A stretch of 64,000 nt of DNA from Eledone cirrhosa. Lineage: Eukaryota. Below the pieces are notes generated by a model, which did no database searches, had not been told where the DNA came from, and saw only the letters and a list, made by a program, of their open reading frames with translations. Numbering within the stretch: the first letter of the stretch is position 1; every line of letters starts with the position of its first letter. This document shows positions 1-19,300 of this stretch, piece after piece. The position numbers and the translations under genes are program-made. The stretch is from NCBI GenBank assembly GCA_964016885.1, contig OZ024741.1:213652001-213716000 (forward strand), read 5' to 3'.

Positions 1-2849
1 TATCACCAAAATTATCATCAATATCACCAACACTACCATCACTATCACCAACACTACCATCACTATCACCAACATTACCATCACTATCACCAACACTACC
101 ATCACTATCACCAACACTACCATCACTATCACCAACACTACCATCACTATCACCAACACTACCATCACTATCACCAACACTACCATCACTATCACCAACA
201 TTACCATCACTATCACCAACATTACCATCACTATCACCAACATTACCATCACTATCACCAACACTACCATCACTATCACCAACACTACCATCACTATCAC
301 CAACACTACCATCACTATCACCAATATTACCACCACTATCACCAACATTACCACCACTATCACCAACACTACCATCACTATCACCAACACTACCATCACT
401 ATCACAAACATTACCATCACTATCACCAACATTACCATCACTATCACCAACACTACCATCACTATCACCAACAACATTACCATCACTATCACCAACACTA
501 CCATCACTATCACCAACATTACCATCACTATCACCAACACTACCATCACTATCACCAACATTACCATCACTTTCACCAACACTACCATCACTATCACCAA
601 CACAACCATCACTATCACCAACACTACCATTACTATCACCAACACTACCATCACTATCACCAACAACATTACCATCACTATCACCAACACAACCATCACA
701 CCATCACTATCATCAACAACATTACCATCCCTATCACCAACACTACCATCACTATCACCAACACTACCATCACTATCACCAACACTACCATCAGTATCAA
801 CAATATTACCATCACTATCCCGTACACTTCCATCACTATCACCAACATTACCACCACTATCATCAACACTACCATCACTATCACCAACACTACCATCACT
901 ATCACCAACACTACCATCGCTATCACCAACACTACCATCACTATCACCAACATTACCATCACTAACACGAACACTACCATCACTATCACAAACATTACCA
1001 TCACTACCACCAACACTACCATCACTATCACCAACACTACCCACCACTATCACCAACATTACCATCACTATCACCAACACTACCATCACTATCACCAACA
1101 CTAGCATCACTTTCACCAACACTACCATCACTATCACCAACATTACCATCACTATCACCAACACTACCATCACTATCACCAACACTACCATCACTATCAC
1201 CAACATTACCATCACTATCACCAACACTACCATCACTATCACCAACACTACCATCAGTATCAACAACATTACCATCACTATCACGTACACTACCATCACT
1301 ATCACCAACACTACCATCACTATCACCAACACTACCATCACTATCACCAACACTACCATCACTATCACCAACATTACCATCACTATCACCAACACTACCA
1401 TCACTATCACAAACATTACCATCACTACCACCAACACTAGCATCACTATCACCAACATTACCATCTCTACCACCAACACTACCATCACTATCACCAACAT
1501 TACCATCACTTTCACCAACACTACCATCACTATCACCAACATTACCACCACTATCACCAACACCACCATCACTATCACCAACATTATCATCAATATCACC
1601 AACACTACCATCACTATCACCAACACTACCATCACTATCACCAACATTACCATCAATATCACCAACACTACCATCACTATCACCAACATTACCATTACTA
1701 TCACCATCATTACCATCACTATCACCAACACTACCATCACTATCACCAACATTATCATCACTATCACCAACATTACCACCACTATCACCAACATTACCAC
1801 CACTATCACAAACACTATCATCACTATCACCAACACTACCATCACTATCACCAACATTACCATCACTATCACCAACATTACCATCACTATCAACAACACT
1901 ACAATCACTATCACCAACAACATTACCATCACTATCACCAACACTACCATCACTTTCACCAACACTACCATCACTATCACCAACATTACCATCACTATCA
2001 CCAACACTAGCATCACTTTCACCAACACAACCATCACTATCACCAACATTACCACCACCATCACCAACACTACCATCACTATCACCAACATTATCATCAA
2101 TATCACCAACACTACCATCACTATCACCAACACTACCATCACTATCACCAACATTACCATCACTATCACCAACACTACCATCACTATCACCAACACTATC
2201 ATCACTATCACCAACACTACCATCACTATCACCAACACTACCATCACTATCACCAACATTATCATCACTATCACCAACATTACCACCACTATCACCAACA
2301 TTACCACCACTATCACAAACACTACCATCACTATCACCAACACTACCATCACTATCACCATCATTACCATCACTATCACCAACATTACCATCACTATCAC
2401 CAACACTACCATCACTTTCACCAACACTACCATCACTATCACCAACATTACCATCACTATCACCAACACTAGCATCACTATCACCAACACTACCATCACT
2501 ATCACCAACATTACCACCACCATCACCAACACTACCATCACTATCACCAACATTATCATCAATATCACCAACACTACCATCACTATCACCAACACTACCA
2601 TCACTATCAACAACATTACCATCAATATCACCAACACTACCATCACTATCACCAACATTACCATTACTATCACCAACATTACCATCACTATCACCAACAC
2701 TACCATCACTATCACCAACACTACCATTACTATCACCAACACTACCATCACTATCACCAACATTACCATCACTATCACCTACACTACCATCACTATCACC
2801 AACATTACCATTACTATCACCAACATTACCATCACTATCACCAGCACTA

Positions 2850-5800
2850 CCATCACAATCACCAACACTACCATTACTATCACCAACACTACCATCACTA
2901 TCACCAACAACATTACCATCACTATCACCAACACAACCATCACAACATCACTATCACCAACAACATTACCATCACTATCACCAACACTACCATCACTATC
3001 ACCAACATTACCATCAATATCACCATCATTACCACCACTATCACCAACGCTACCATCACTATCACCAACACTACCATCACTATTACCAACAACATTACCA
3101 TCACTATCACCAACACTACCATCACTATCACCAACACTATCATCACTATCACCAACACTACCATCACTATCACCAACACTACCATCACTATCACCAACAT
3201 TATCATCAATATCACCAACACTACCATCACTATCACCAACACTACCATCACTATCACCAACACTACCATCACTATCACCAACACTACCATCACTATCACC
3301 AACACTATCATCACTATCACCAACACTACCATCACTATCACCAACACTACCATCACTATCACCAACACTACCATCACTATCACCAACACTATCATCACTA
3401 TCACCAACACTACCATCACTATCACCAACACTACCATCACTATCACCAACATTATCATCAATATCACCAACACTACCATCACTATCACCAACATTACCAT
3501 CACTATCACCAATACTACCATCACTATCACCAACAACATTACCATCACTATCACCAACACTACCATCACTATCAGCAACATTACCATCGCTATCACCAAC
3601 AACACTACCATCACTATCAGCAACAGTAGCATCACTTTCACCAACACTACCATCACTATCACCAACATTACCATCACTATCACCAACACTACCATCACTA
3701 TCACCAACACTACCATCACTATCACCAACATTACCATCAATATCACCAACACTACCATCACTATCACCAACACTACCATCAGTATCAACAACATTAACAT
3801 CACTATCACGTACACTTCCATCACTATCACCAACATTACCACCACTATCACCAACACTACCATCACTATCACCAACACTACCATCACTATCACCAACACT
3901 ACCATCACTATCACCAACACTACCATCACTATCACCAACATTACCATCACTATCACCAACACTACCATCACTATCACAAACATTACCATCACTACCACCA
4001 ACACTAGCATCACTATCACCAACATTACCATCACTACCACCAACACTACCATCACTATCACCAACATTATCATCAATATCACCAACACTACCATCACTAT
4101 CACCAACACTACCATCACTATCACCAACACTACCATCACTATCACCAACACTACCATCACTATCACCAACATTACCATCACTATCACCAACACTACCATC
4201 ACTATCACCAACAACATTACCATCACTATCACCAACACTACCATCACTATCACCAACATTACCATCGCTATCACCAACAACACTACCATCACTATCAGCA
4301 ACAGTAGCATCACTTTCACCAACACTACCATCACTATCACCAACATTACCACCACCATCACCAACACTACCATCACTATCACCAACATTATCATCAATAT
4401 CACCAACACTACCATCACTATCACCAACACTACCATCACTATCACCAACACTACCATCACTATCACCAACATTACCATCACTATCACCAACACTACCATC
4501 ACTATCACCAACACTACCATCAGTATCAACAACATTACCATCACTATCACGTACACTTCCATCACTATCACCAACATTACCACCACTATCACCAACACTA
4601 CCATCACTATCACCAACACTACCATCACTATCACCAACACTACCATCACTATCACCAACACTACCATCACTATCACCAACATTACCATCACTATCACCAA
4701 CACTACCATCACTATCACAAACATTACCATCACTACCACCAACACTAGCATCACTATCACCAACATTACCATCGCTACCACCAACACTACCATCACTATC
4801 ACCAACATTACCATCACTTTCACCAACATTACCATCAATATCACCAACACTACCATCACTATCACCAACATTACCATTACTATCACCAACATTACCATCA
4901 CTATCACCAACACTACCATCACTATCACCAACATTATCATCACTATCACCAACATTACCACCACTATCACCAACATTACCACCACTATCACAAACACTAC
5001 CATCACTATCACCAACACTACCATCACTATCACCAACATTACCATCACTATCACCAACACTACCATCACTATCACCAACATTACCATCAATATCACCAAC
5101 ACTACCATCACTATCACCAACACTACCATCACTATCACCAACATTACCATCAATATCACCAACACTACCATCACTATCACCAACATTACCATTACTATCA
5201 CCAACATTACCATCACTATCACCAACACTACCATCACTATCACCAACATTATCATCACTATCACCAACATTACCACCACTATCACCAACATTACCACCAC
5301 TATCACAAACACTACCATCACTATCACCAACACTACCATCACTATCACCAACATTACCATCACTATCACCAACATTACCATCACTATCACCAACACTACA
5401 ATCACTATCACCAACAACATTACCATCACTATCACCAACACTACCATCACTTTCACCAACACTACCATCACTATCACCAACATTACCATCACTATCACCA
5501 ACACTAGCATCACTTTCACCAACACAACCATCACTATCACCAACATTACCACCACCATCACCAACACTACCATCACTATCACCAACATTATCATCAATAT
5601 CACCAACACTACCATCACTATCACCAACACTACCATCACTATCACCAACATTACCATCACTATCACCAACACTACCATCACTATCACCAACACTATCATC
5701 ACCATCACCAACACTACCATCACTATCACCAACACTACCATCACTATCACCAACATTATCATCACTATCACCAACATTACCACCACTATCACCAACATTA

Positions 5801-8800
5801 CCACCACTATCACAAACACTACCATCACTATCACCAACACTACCATCACTATCACCAACATTACCATCACTATCACCAACATTAACATCACTATCACCAA
5901 CACTACCATCACTTTCACCAACACTACCATCACTATCACCAACATTACCATCACTATCACCAACACTAGCATCACTTTCACCAACACTACCATCACTATC
6001 ACCAACATTACCACCACCATCACCAACACTACCATCACTATCACCAACATTATCATCAATATCACCAACACTACCATCACTATCACCAACACTACCATCA
6101 CTATCACCAACATTACCATCAATATCACCAACACTACCATCACTATCACGAACATTACCATTACTATCACCAACATTACCATCACTATCACCAACACTAC
6201 CATCACTATCACCAACACTACCATTACTATCACCAACACTACCATCACTATCACCAACATTACCATCACTATCACATACACTACCATCACTATCACCAAC
6301 ATTACCATTACTATCACCAACATTACCATCACTATCACCAGCACTACCATCACAATCACCAACACTACCATTACTATCACCAACACTACCATCACTATCA
6401 CCAACAACATTACCATCACTATCACCAACACAACCATCACAACATCACTATCACCAACAACATTACCATCACTATCACCAACACTACCATCACTATCACC
6501 AACATTACCATCACTATCACCAACACTACCACCACTATCACCAACACTACCATCACTATCACCAACACTACCATCACTATCACCAACAACATTACCATCA
6601 CTATCACCAACACTACCATCACTATCACCAACACTATCATCACTATCACCAACACTACCATCACTATCACCAACACTACCATCACTATCACCAACATTAT
6701 CATCAATATCACCAACACTACCATCACTATCACCAACACTACCATCACTATCACCAACACTACCATCACTATCACCAACACTACCATCACTATCACCAAC
6801 ATTACCATCACTATCACCAACACTACCATCACTATCACCAACAACATTACCATCACTATCACCAACACTACCATCACTATCACCAACATTACCATCGCTA
6901 TCACCAACAACACTACCATCACTATCAGCAACACTACCATCACCATCATCAACACTACCATCACTATCACCAACATTACCACCACCATCACTACCAACAC
7001 TACCATCACTATCACCAACACTACCATCACTATCACCAACAACATTGCTACCACTACCACCAAATCTACCATCAACTATCACCAACATTACCATCACTAT
7101 GTCCAACATTACCATCACTATCACCAACACTACCATCACTATCACCAACACTACCATCACTATCACCAACATTACCATCACCATCACCAACACTACCATA
7201 TCTATCACCTACACTACCATCACTATCACCAACATTCCCATCACTATCACCAACACTACCATCACTATCACCAACACTACCATTACTATCACCAACACTA
7301 CCATCACTATCACCAACAACATTACCATCACTATCACCAACACAACCATCACACCATCACTATCACCAACAACATTACCATCACTATCACCAACACTACC
7401 ATCACTATCACCAACATTACCACCACTATCACCAACATTACCACCACTATCACCAACACTACCATCACTATCACCAACACTACCATCACTATCACCAACA
7501 ACATTACCATCACTATCACCAACACTACCATCACTATCACCAACACTATCATCACTATCACCGACACTACCATCACTATCACCAACACTACCATCACTAT
7601 CACCAGCATTATCATCACTATCACCAACAACATTACCATCACTATCACCAACACTACCATCACTTTCACCAACACTACTATCACTATCACCAACATTACC
7701 ATCACTATCACCAACACTAGCATCACTTTCACCAACACTACCATCACTATCACCAACATTACCACCACCATCACCAACACTACCATCACTATCACCAACA
7801 TTATCATCAATATCACCAACACTACCATCACTATCACCAACACTACCATCACTATCACCAACATTACCATCACTATCACCAACACTACCATCACTATCAC
7901 CAACACTATCATCACTATCACCAACACTACCATCACTATCACCAACACTACCATCACTATCACCAACATTATCATCACTATCACCAACATTACCACCACT
8001 ATCACCAACATTACCACCACTATCACAAACACTACCATCACTATCACCAACACTACCATCACTATCACCATCATTACCATCACTATCACCAACATTACCA
8101 TCACTATCACCAACACTACCATCACTTTCACCAACACTACTATCACTATCACCAACATTACCATCACTATCACCAACACTAGCATCACTTTCACCAACAC
8201 TACCATCACTATCACCAACATTACCACCACCATCACCAACACTACCATCACTATCACCAACATTATCATCAATATCACCAACACTACCATCACTATCACC
8301 AACACTACCATCACTATCACCAACATTACCATCACTATCACCAACACTACCATCACTATCACCAACACTATCATCACTATCACCAACACTACCATCACTA
8401 TCACCAACACTACCATCACTATCACCAACATTATCATCAATATCACCAACATTACCACCACTATCACCAACATTACCACCACTATCACAAACACTACCAT
8501 CACTATCACCAACACTACCATCACTATCACCATCATTACCATCACTATCACCAACATTACCATCACTATCACCAACACTACCATCACTTTCACCAACACT
8601 ACCATCACTATCACCAACATTACCATCACTATCACCAACACTAGCATCACTTTCACCAACACTACCATCACTATCACCAACATTACCACCACCATCACCA
8701 ACACTACCATCACTATCACCAACATTATCATCAATATCACCAACACTACCATCACTATCACCAACACTACCATCACTATCAACAACATTACCATCAATAT

Positions 8801-11800
8801 CACCAACACTACCATCACTATCACCAACATTACCATTACTATCACCAACATTACCATCACTATCACCAACACTACCATCACTATCACCAACACTACCATT
8901 ACTATCACCAACACTACCATCACTATCACCAACATTACCATCACTATCACCTACACTACCATCACTATCACCAACATTACCATTACTATCACCAACATTA
9001 CCATCACTATCACCAGCACTACCATCACAATCACCAACACTACCATTACTATCACCAACACTACCATCACTATCACCAACAACATTACCATCACTATCAC
9101 CAACACAACCATCACAACATCACTATCACCAACAACATTACCATCACTATCACCAACACTACCATCACTATCACCAACATTACCATCACTATCACCAACA
9201 TTACCACCACTATCACCAACGCTACCATCACTATCACCAACACTACCATCACTATTACCAACAACATTACCATCACTATCACCAACACTACCATCACTAT
9301 CACCAACACTATCATCACTATCACCAACACTACCATCACTATCACCAACACTACCATCACTATCACCAACATTATCATCAATATCACCAACACTACCATC
9401 ACTATCACCAACACTACCATCACTATCACCAACACTACCATCACTATCACCAACACTACCATCACTATCACCAACACTATCATCACTATCACCAACACTA
9501 CCATCACTATCACCAACACTACCATCACTATCACCAACACTACCATCACTATCACCAACACTATCATCACTATCACCAACACTACCATCACTATCACCAA
9601 CACTACCATCACTATCACCAACATTATCATCAATATCACCAACACTACCATCACTATCACCAACATTACCATCACTATCACCAATACTACCATCACTATC
9701 ACCAACAACATTACCATCACTATCACCAACACTACCATCACTATCAGCAACATTACCATCGCTATCACCAACAACACTACCATCACTATCAGCAACAGTA
9801 GCATCACTTTCACCAACACTACCATCACTATCACGAACATTACCATCACTATCACCAACACTACCATCACTATCACCAACACTACCATCACTATCACCAA
9901 CATTACCATCAATATCACCAACACTACCATCACTATCAGCAACATTACCATCGCTATCACCAACAACACTACCATCACTATCAGCAACAGTAGCATCACT
10001 TTCACCAACACTACCATCACTATCACCAACATTACCACCACCATCACCAACACTACCATCACTATCACCAACATTATCATCAATATCACCAACACTACCA
10101 TCACTATCACCAACACTACCATCACTATCACCAACACTACCATCACTATCACCAACATTACCATCACTATCACCAACACTACCATCACTATCACCAACAC
10201 TACCATCAGTATCAACAACATTACCATCACTATCACGTACACTTCCATCACTATCACCAACATTACCACCACTATCACCAACACTACCATCACTATCACC
10301 AACACTACCATCACTATCACCAACACTACCATCACTATCACCAACACTACCATCACTATCACCAACATTACCATCACTATCACCAACACTACCATCACTA
10401 TCACAAACATTACCATCACTACCACCAACACTAGCATCACTATCACCAACATTACCATCGCTACCACCAACACTACCATCACTATCACCAACATTACCAT
10501 CACTTTCACCAACACTACCATCACTATCACCAACATTACCACCACTATCACCAACACTACCATCACTATCACCAACATTATCATCAATATCACCAACACT
10601 ACCATCACTATCACCAACACTACCATCACTATCACCAACATTACCATCAATATCACCAACACTACCATCACTATCACCAACATTACCATTACTATCACCA
10701 ACATTACCATCACTATCACCAACACTACCATCACTATCACCAACATTATCATCACTATCACCAACATTACCACCACTATCACCAACATTACCACCACTAT
10801 CACAAACACTACCATCACTATCACCAACACTACCATCACTATCACCAACATTACCATCACTATCACCAACATTACCATCACTATCACCAACACTACAATC
10901 ACTATCACCAACAACATTACCATCACTATCACCAACACTACCATCACTTTCACCAACACTACCATCACTATCACCAACATTACCATCACTATCACCAACA
11001 CTAGCATCACTTTCACCAACACAACCATCACTATCACCAACATTACCACCACCATCACCAACACTACCATCACTATCACCAACATTATCATCAATATCAC
11101 CAACACTACCATCACTATCACCAACACTACCATCACTATCACCAACATTACCATCACTATCACCAACACTACCATCACTATCACCAACACTATCATCACC
11201 ATCACCAACACTACCATCACTATCACCAACACTACCATCACTATCACCAACATTATCATCACTATCACCAACATTACCACCACTATCACCAACATTACCA
11301 CCACTATCACAAACACTACCATCACTATCACCAACACTACCATCACTATCACCAACATTACCATCACTATCACCAACATTAACATCACTATCACCAACAC
11401 TACCATCACTTTCACCAACACTACCATCACTATCACCAACATTACCATCACTATCACCAACACTAGCATCACTTTCATCAACACTACCATCACTATCACC
11501 AACATTACCACCACCATCACCAACACTACCATCACTATCACCAACATTATCATCAATATCACCAACACTACCATCACTATCACCAACACTACCATCACTA
11601 TCACCAACATTACCATCAATATCACCAACACTACCATCACTATCACGAACATTACCATTACTATCACCAACATTACCATCACTATCACCAACACTACCAT
11701 CACTATCACCAACACTACCATTACTATCACCAACACTACCATCACTATCACCAACATTACCATCACTATCACATACACTACCATCACTATCACCAACATT

Positions 11801-13060
11801 ACCATTACTATCACCAACATTACCATCACTATCACCAGCACTACCATCACAATCACCAACACTACCATTACTATCACCAACACTACCATCACTATCACCA
11901 ACAACATTACCATCACTATCACCAACACAACCATCACAACATCACTATCACCAACAACATTACCATCACTATCACCAACACTACCATCACTATCACCAAC
12001 ATTACCATCACTATCACCAACACTACCACCACTATCACCAACACTACCATCACTATCACCAACACTACCATCACTATCACCAACAACATTACCATCACTA
12101 TCACCAACACTACCATCACTATCACCAACACTATCATCACTATCACCAACACTACCATCACTATCACCAACACTACCATCACTATCACCAACATTATCAT
12201 CAATATCACCAACACTACCATCACTATCACCAACACTACCATCACTATCACCAACACTACCATCACTATCACCAACACTACCATCACTATCACCAACATT
12301 ACCATCACTATCACCAACAACACTACCATCACTATCACCAACACTACCATCACTATCACCAACAACATTACCATCACTATCACCAACACTACCATCACTA
12401 TCACCAACATTACCATCGCTATCACCAACAACACTACCATCACTATCAGCAACACTACCATCACTATCATCAACACTACCATCACTATCACCAACATTAC
12501 CACCACCATCACTACAAACACTACCATCACTATCACCAACACTACCATCACTATCACCAACAATATTACCACCACTAACACCAACACTACCATCAACTAT
12601 CACCAACGTTACCATCACTATCACCAATATTACCATCACTATCAACAACACTACCATCACTATCACCAACAACATTGCTACCACTACCACCAAATCTACC
12701 ATCAACTATCACCAACATTACCATCACTATGTCCAACATTACCATCACTATCACCAACACTACCATCACTATCACCAACACTACCATCACTATCACCAAC
12801 ATTACCATCACTATCACCAACACAACCATCACACCATCACTATCACCAACAACATTACCATCACTATCACCAACACTACCATCACTATCACCAACATTAC
12901 CACCACTATCACCAACATTACCACCACTATCACCAACACTACCATCACTATCACCAACACTACCATCACTATCACCAACAACATTACCATCACTATCACC
13001 AACACTACCATCACTATCACCAACACTATCATCACTATCACCAACACTACCATCACTATC
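2850..13060. repeat. Copy 1 of tandem duplication with 10,494-bp period
   Basis: Landmarks recur at +10,494: 2940/13434, 6437/16931, 7045/17539, 9112/19606, 11934/22428, 12675/23169; GTAC sites 3810/14304, 4551/15045, 10237/20731. Confidence 0.93.
7660..8760. repeat. 462-bp (22-monomer) higher-order unit, about 2.4 tandem copies
   Basis: ACTTTCACC variants at 7664, 8126, 8588 (spacing 462). The same spacing occurs at 1954/2416 and 5451/5913. Confidence 0.85.
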
Positions 13061-13343
13061 ACCAACATTATCATCAATATCACCAACACTACCATCACTA
13101 TCACCAACACTACCATCACTATCAACAACATTACCATCAATATCACCAACACTACCATCACTATCACCAACATTACCATTACTATCACCAACATTACCAT
13201 CACTATCACCAACACTACCATCACTATCACCAACACTACCATTACTATCACCAACACTACCATCACTATCACCAACATTACCATCACTATCACCTACACT
13301 ACCATCACTATCACCAACATTACCATTACTATCACCAACATTA

Positions 13344-16300
13344 CCATCACAATCACCAACACTACCATTACTATCACCAACACTACCATCACTATCACCA
13401 ACAACATTACCATCACTATCACCAACACAACCATCACAACATCACTATCACCAACAACATTACCATCACTATCACCAACACTACCATCACTATCACCAAC
13501 ATTACCATCAATATCACCATCATTACCACCACTATCACCAACGCTACCATCACTATCACCAACACTACCATCACTATTACCAACAACATTACCATCACTA
13601 TCACCAACACTACCATCACTATCACCAACACTATCATCACTATCACCAACACTACCATCACTATCACCAACACTACCATCACTATCACCAACATTATCAT
13701 CAATATCACCAACACTACCATCACTATCACCAACACTACCATCACTATCACCAACACTACCATCACTATCACCAACACTACCATCACTATCACCAACACT
13801 ATCATCACTATCACCAACACTACCATCACTATCACCAACACTACCATCACTATCACCAACACTACCATCACTATCACCAACACTATCATCACTATCACCA
13901 ACACTACCATCACTATCACCAACACTACCATCACTATCACCAACATTATCATCAATATCACCAACACTACCATCACTATCACCAACATTACCATCACTAT
14001 CACCAATACTACCATCACTATCACCAACAACATTACCATCACTATCACCAACACTACCATCACTATCAGCAACATTACCATCGCTATCACCAACAACACT
14101 ACCATCACTATCAGCAACAGTAGCATCACTTTCACCAACACTACCATCACTATCACCAACATTACCATCACTATCACCAACACTACCATCACTATCACCA
14201 ACACTACCATCACTATCACCAACATTACCATCAATATCACCAACACTACCATCACTATCACCAACACTACCATCAGTATCAACAACATTAACATCACTAT
14301 CACGTACACTTCCATCACTATCACCAACATTACCACCACTATCACCAACACTACCATCACTATCACCAACACTACCATCACTATCACCAACACTACCATC
14401 ACTATCACCAACACTACCATCACTATCACCAACATTACCATCACTATCACCAACACTACCATCACTATCACAAACATTACCATCACTACCACCAACACTA
14501 GCATCACTATCACCAACATTACCATCACTACCACCAACACTACCATCACTATCACCAACATTATCATCAATATCACCAACACTACCATCACTATCACCAA
14601 CACTACCATCACTATCACCAACACTACCATCACTATCACCAACACTACCATCACTATCACCAACATTACCATCACTATCACCAACACTACCATCACTATC
14701 ACCAACAACATTACCATCACTATCACCAACACTACCATCACTATCACCAACATTACCATCGCTATCACCAACAACACTACCATCACTATCAGCAACAGTA
14801 GCATCACTTTCACCAACACTACCATCACTATCACCAACATTACCACCACCATCACCAACACTACCATCACTATCACCAACATTATCATCAATATCACCAA
14901 CACTACCATCACTATCACCAACACTACCATCACTATCACCAACACTACCATCACTATCACCAACATTACCATCACTATCACCAACACTACCATCACTATC
15001 ACCAACACTACCATCAGTATCAACAACATTACCATCACTATCACGTACACTTCCATCACTATCACCAACATTACCACCACTATCACCAACACTACCATCA
15101 CTATCACCAACACTACCATCACTATCACCAACACTACCATCACTATCACCAACACTACCATCACTATCACCAACATTACCATCACTATCACCAACACTAC
15201 CATCACTATCACAAACATTACCATCACTACCACCAACACTAGCATCACTATCACCAACATTACCATCGCTACCACCAACACTACCATCACTATCACCAAC
15301 ATTACCATCACTTTCACCAACATTACCATCAATATCACCAACACTACCATCACTATCACCAACATTACCATTACTATCACCAACATTACCATCACTATCA
15401 CCAACACTACCATCACTATCACCAACATTATCATCACTATCACCAACATTACCACCACTATCACCAACATTACCACCACTATCACAAACACTACCATCAC
15501 TATCACCAACACTACCATCACTATCACCAACATTACCATCACTATCACCAACACTACCATCACTATCACCAACATTACCATCAATATCACCAACACTACC
15601 ATCACTATCACCAACACTACCATCACTATCACCAACATTACCATCAATATCACCAACACTACCATCACTATCACCAACATTACCATTACTATCACCAACA
15701 TTACCATCACTATCACCAACACTACCATCACTATCACCAACATTATCATCACTATCACCAACATTACCACCACTATCACCAACATTACCACCACTATCAC
15801 AAACACTACCATCACTATCACCAACACTACCATCACTATCACCAACATTACCATCACTATCACCAACATTACCATCACTATCACCAACACTACAATCACT
15901 ATCACTAACAACATTACCATCACTATCACCAACACTACCATCACTTTCACCAACACTACCATCACTATCACCAACATTACCATCACTATCACCAACACTA
16001 GCATCACTTTCACCAACACAACCATCACTATCACCAACATTACCACCACCATCACCAACACTACCATCACTATCACCAACATTATCATCAATATCACCAA
16101 CACTACCATCACTATCACCAACACTACCATCACTATCACCAACATTACCATCACTATCACCAACACTACCATCACTATCACCAACACTATCATCACCATC
16201 ACCAACACTACCATCACTATCACCAACACTACCATCACTATCACCAACATTATCATCACTATCACCAACATTACCACCACTATCACCAACATTACCACCA

Positions 16301-19300
16301 CTATCACAAACACTACCATCACTATCACCAACACTACCATCACTATCACCAACATTACCATCACTATCACCAACATTAACATCACTATCACCAACACTAC
16401 CATCACTTTCACCAACACTACCATCACTATCACCAACATTACCATCACTATCACCAACACTAGCATCACTTTCACCAACACTACCATCACTATCACCAAC
16501 ATTACCACCACCATCACCAACACTACCATCACTATCACCAACATTATCATCAATATCACCAACACTACCATCACTATCACCAACACTACCATCACTATCA
16601 CCAACATTACCATCAATATCACCAACACTACCATCACTATCACGAACATTACCATTACTATCACCAACATTACCATCACTATCACCAACACTACCATCAC
16701 TATCACCAACACTACCATTACTATCACCAACACTACCATCACTATCACCAACATTACCATCACTATCACATACACTACCATCACTATCACCAACATTACC
16801 ATTACTATCACCAACATTACCATCACTATCACCAGCACTACCATCACAATCACCAACACTACCATTACTATCACCAACACTACCATCACTATCACCAACA
16901 ACATTACCATCACTATCACCAACACAACCATCACAACATCACTATCACCAACAACATTACCATCACTATCACCAACACTACCATCACTATCACCAACATT
17001 ACCATCACTATCACCAACACTACCACCACTATCACCAACACTACCATCACTATCACCAACACTACCATCACTATCACCAACAACATTACCATCACTATCA
17101 CCAACACTACCATCACTATCACCAACACTATCATCACTATCACCAACACTACCATCACTATCACCAACACTACCATCACTATCACCAACATTATCATCAA
17201 TATCACCAACACTACCATCACTATCACCAACACTACCATCACTATCACCAACACTACCATCACTATCACCAACACTACCATCACTATCACCAACATTACC
17301 ATCACTATCACCAACACTACCATCACTATCACCAACAACATTACCATCACTATCACCAACACTACCATCACTATCACCAACATTACCATCGCTATCACCA
17401 ACAACACTACCATCACTATCAGCAACACTACCATCACCATCATCAACACTACCATCACTATCACCAACATTACCACCACCATCACTACCAACACTACCAT
17501 CACTATCACCAACACTACCATCACTATCACCAACAACATTGCTACCACTACCACCAAATCTACCATCAACTATCACCAACATTACCATCACTATGTCCAA
17601 CATTACCATCACTATCACCAACACTACCATCACTATCACCAACACTACCATCACTATCACCAACATTACCATCACCATCACCAACACTACCATATCTATC
17701 ACCTACACTACCATCACTATCACCAACATTCCCATCACTATCACCAACACTACCATCACTATCACCAACACTACCATTACTATCACCAACACTACCATCA
17801 CTATCACCAACAACATTACCATCACTATCACCAACACAACCATCACACCATCACTATCACCAACAACATTACCATCACTATCACCAACACTACCATCACT
17901 ATCACCAACATTACCACCACTATCACCAACATTACCACCACTATCACCAACACTACCATCACTATCACCAACACTACCATCACTATCACCAACAACATTA
18001 CCATCACTATCACCAACACTACCATCACTATCACCAACACTATCATCACTATCACCGACACTACCATCACTATCACCAACACTACCATCACTATCACCAG
18101 CATTATCATCACTATCACCAACAACATTACCATCACTATCACCAACACTACCATCACTTTCACCAACACTACTATCACTATCACCAACATTACCATCACT
18201 ATCACCAACACTAGCATGACTTTCACCAACACTACCATCACTATCACCAACATTACCACCACCATCACCAACACTACCATCACTATCACCAACATTATCA
18301 TCAATATCACCAACACTACCATCACTATCACCAACACTACCATCACTATCACCAACATTACCATCACTATCACCAACACTACCATCACTATCACCAACAC
18401 TATCATCACTATCACCAACACTACCATCACTATCACCAACACTACCATCACTATCACCAACATTATCATCACTATCACCAACATTACCACCACTATCACC
18501 AACATTACCACCACTATCACAAACACTACCATCACTATCACCAACACTACCATCACTATCACCATCATTACCATCACTATCACCAACATTACCATCACTA
18601 TCACCAACACTACCATCACTTTCACCAACACTACTATCACTATCACCAACATTACCATCACTATCACCAACACTAGCATCACTTTCACCAACACTACCAT
18701 CACTATCACCAACATTACCACCACCATCACCAACACTACCATCACTATCACCAACATTATCATCAATATCACCAACACTACCATCACTATCACCAACACT
18801 ACCATCACTATCACCAACATTACCATCACTATCACCAACACTACCATCACTATCACCAACACTATCATCACTATCACCAACACTACCATCACTATCACCA
18901 ACACTACCATCACTATCACCAACATTATCATCACTATCACCAACATTACCACCACTATCACCAACATTACCACCACTATCACAAACACTACCATCACTAT
19001 CACCAACACTACCATCACTATCACCATCATTACCATCACTATCACCAACATTACCATCACTATCACCAACACTACCATCACTTTCACCAACACTACCATC
19101 ACTATCACCAACATTACCATCACTATCACCAACACTAGCATCACTTTCACCAACACTACCATCACTATCACCAACATTACCACCACCATCACCAACACTA
19201 CCATCACTATCACCAACATTATCATCAATATCACCAACACTACCATCACTATCACCAACACTACCATCACTATCAACAACATTACCATCAATATCACCAA

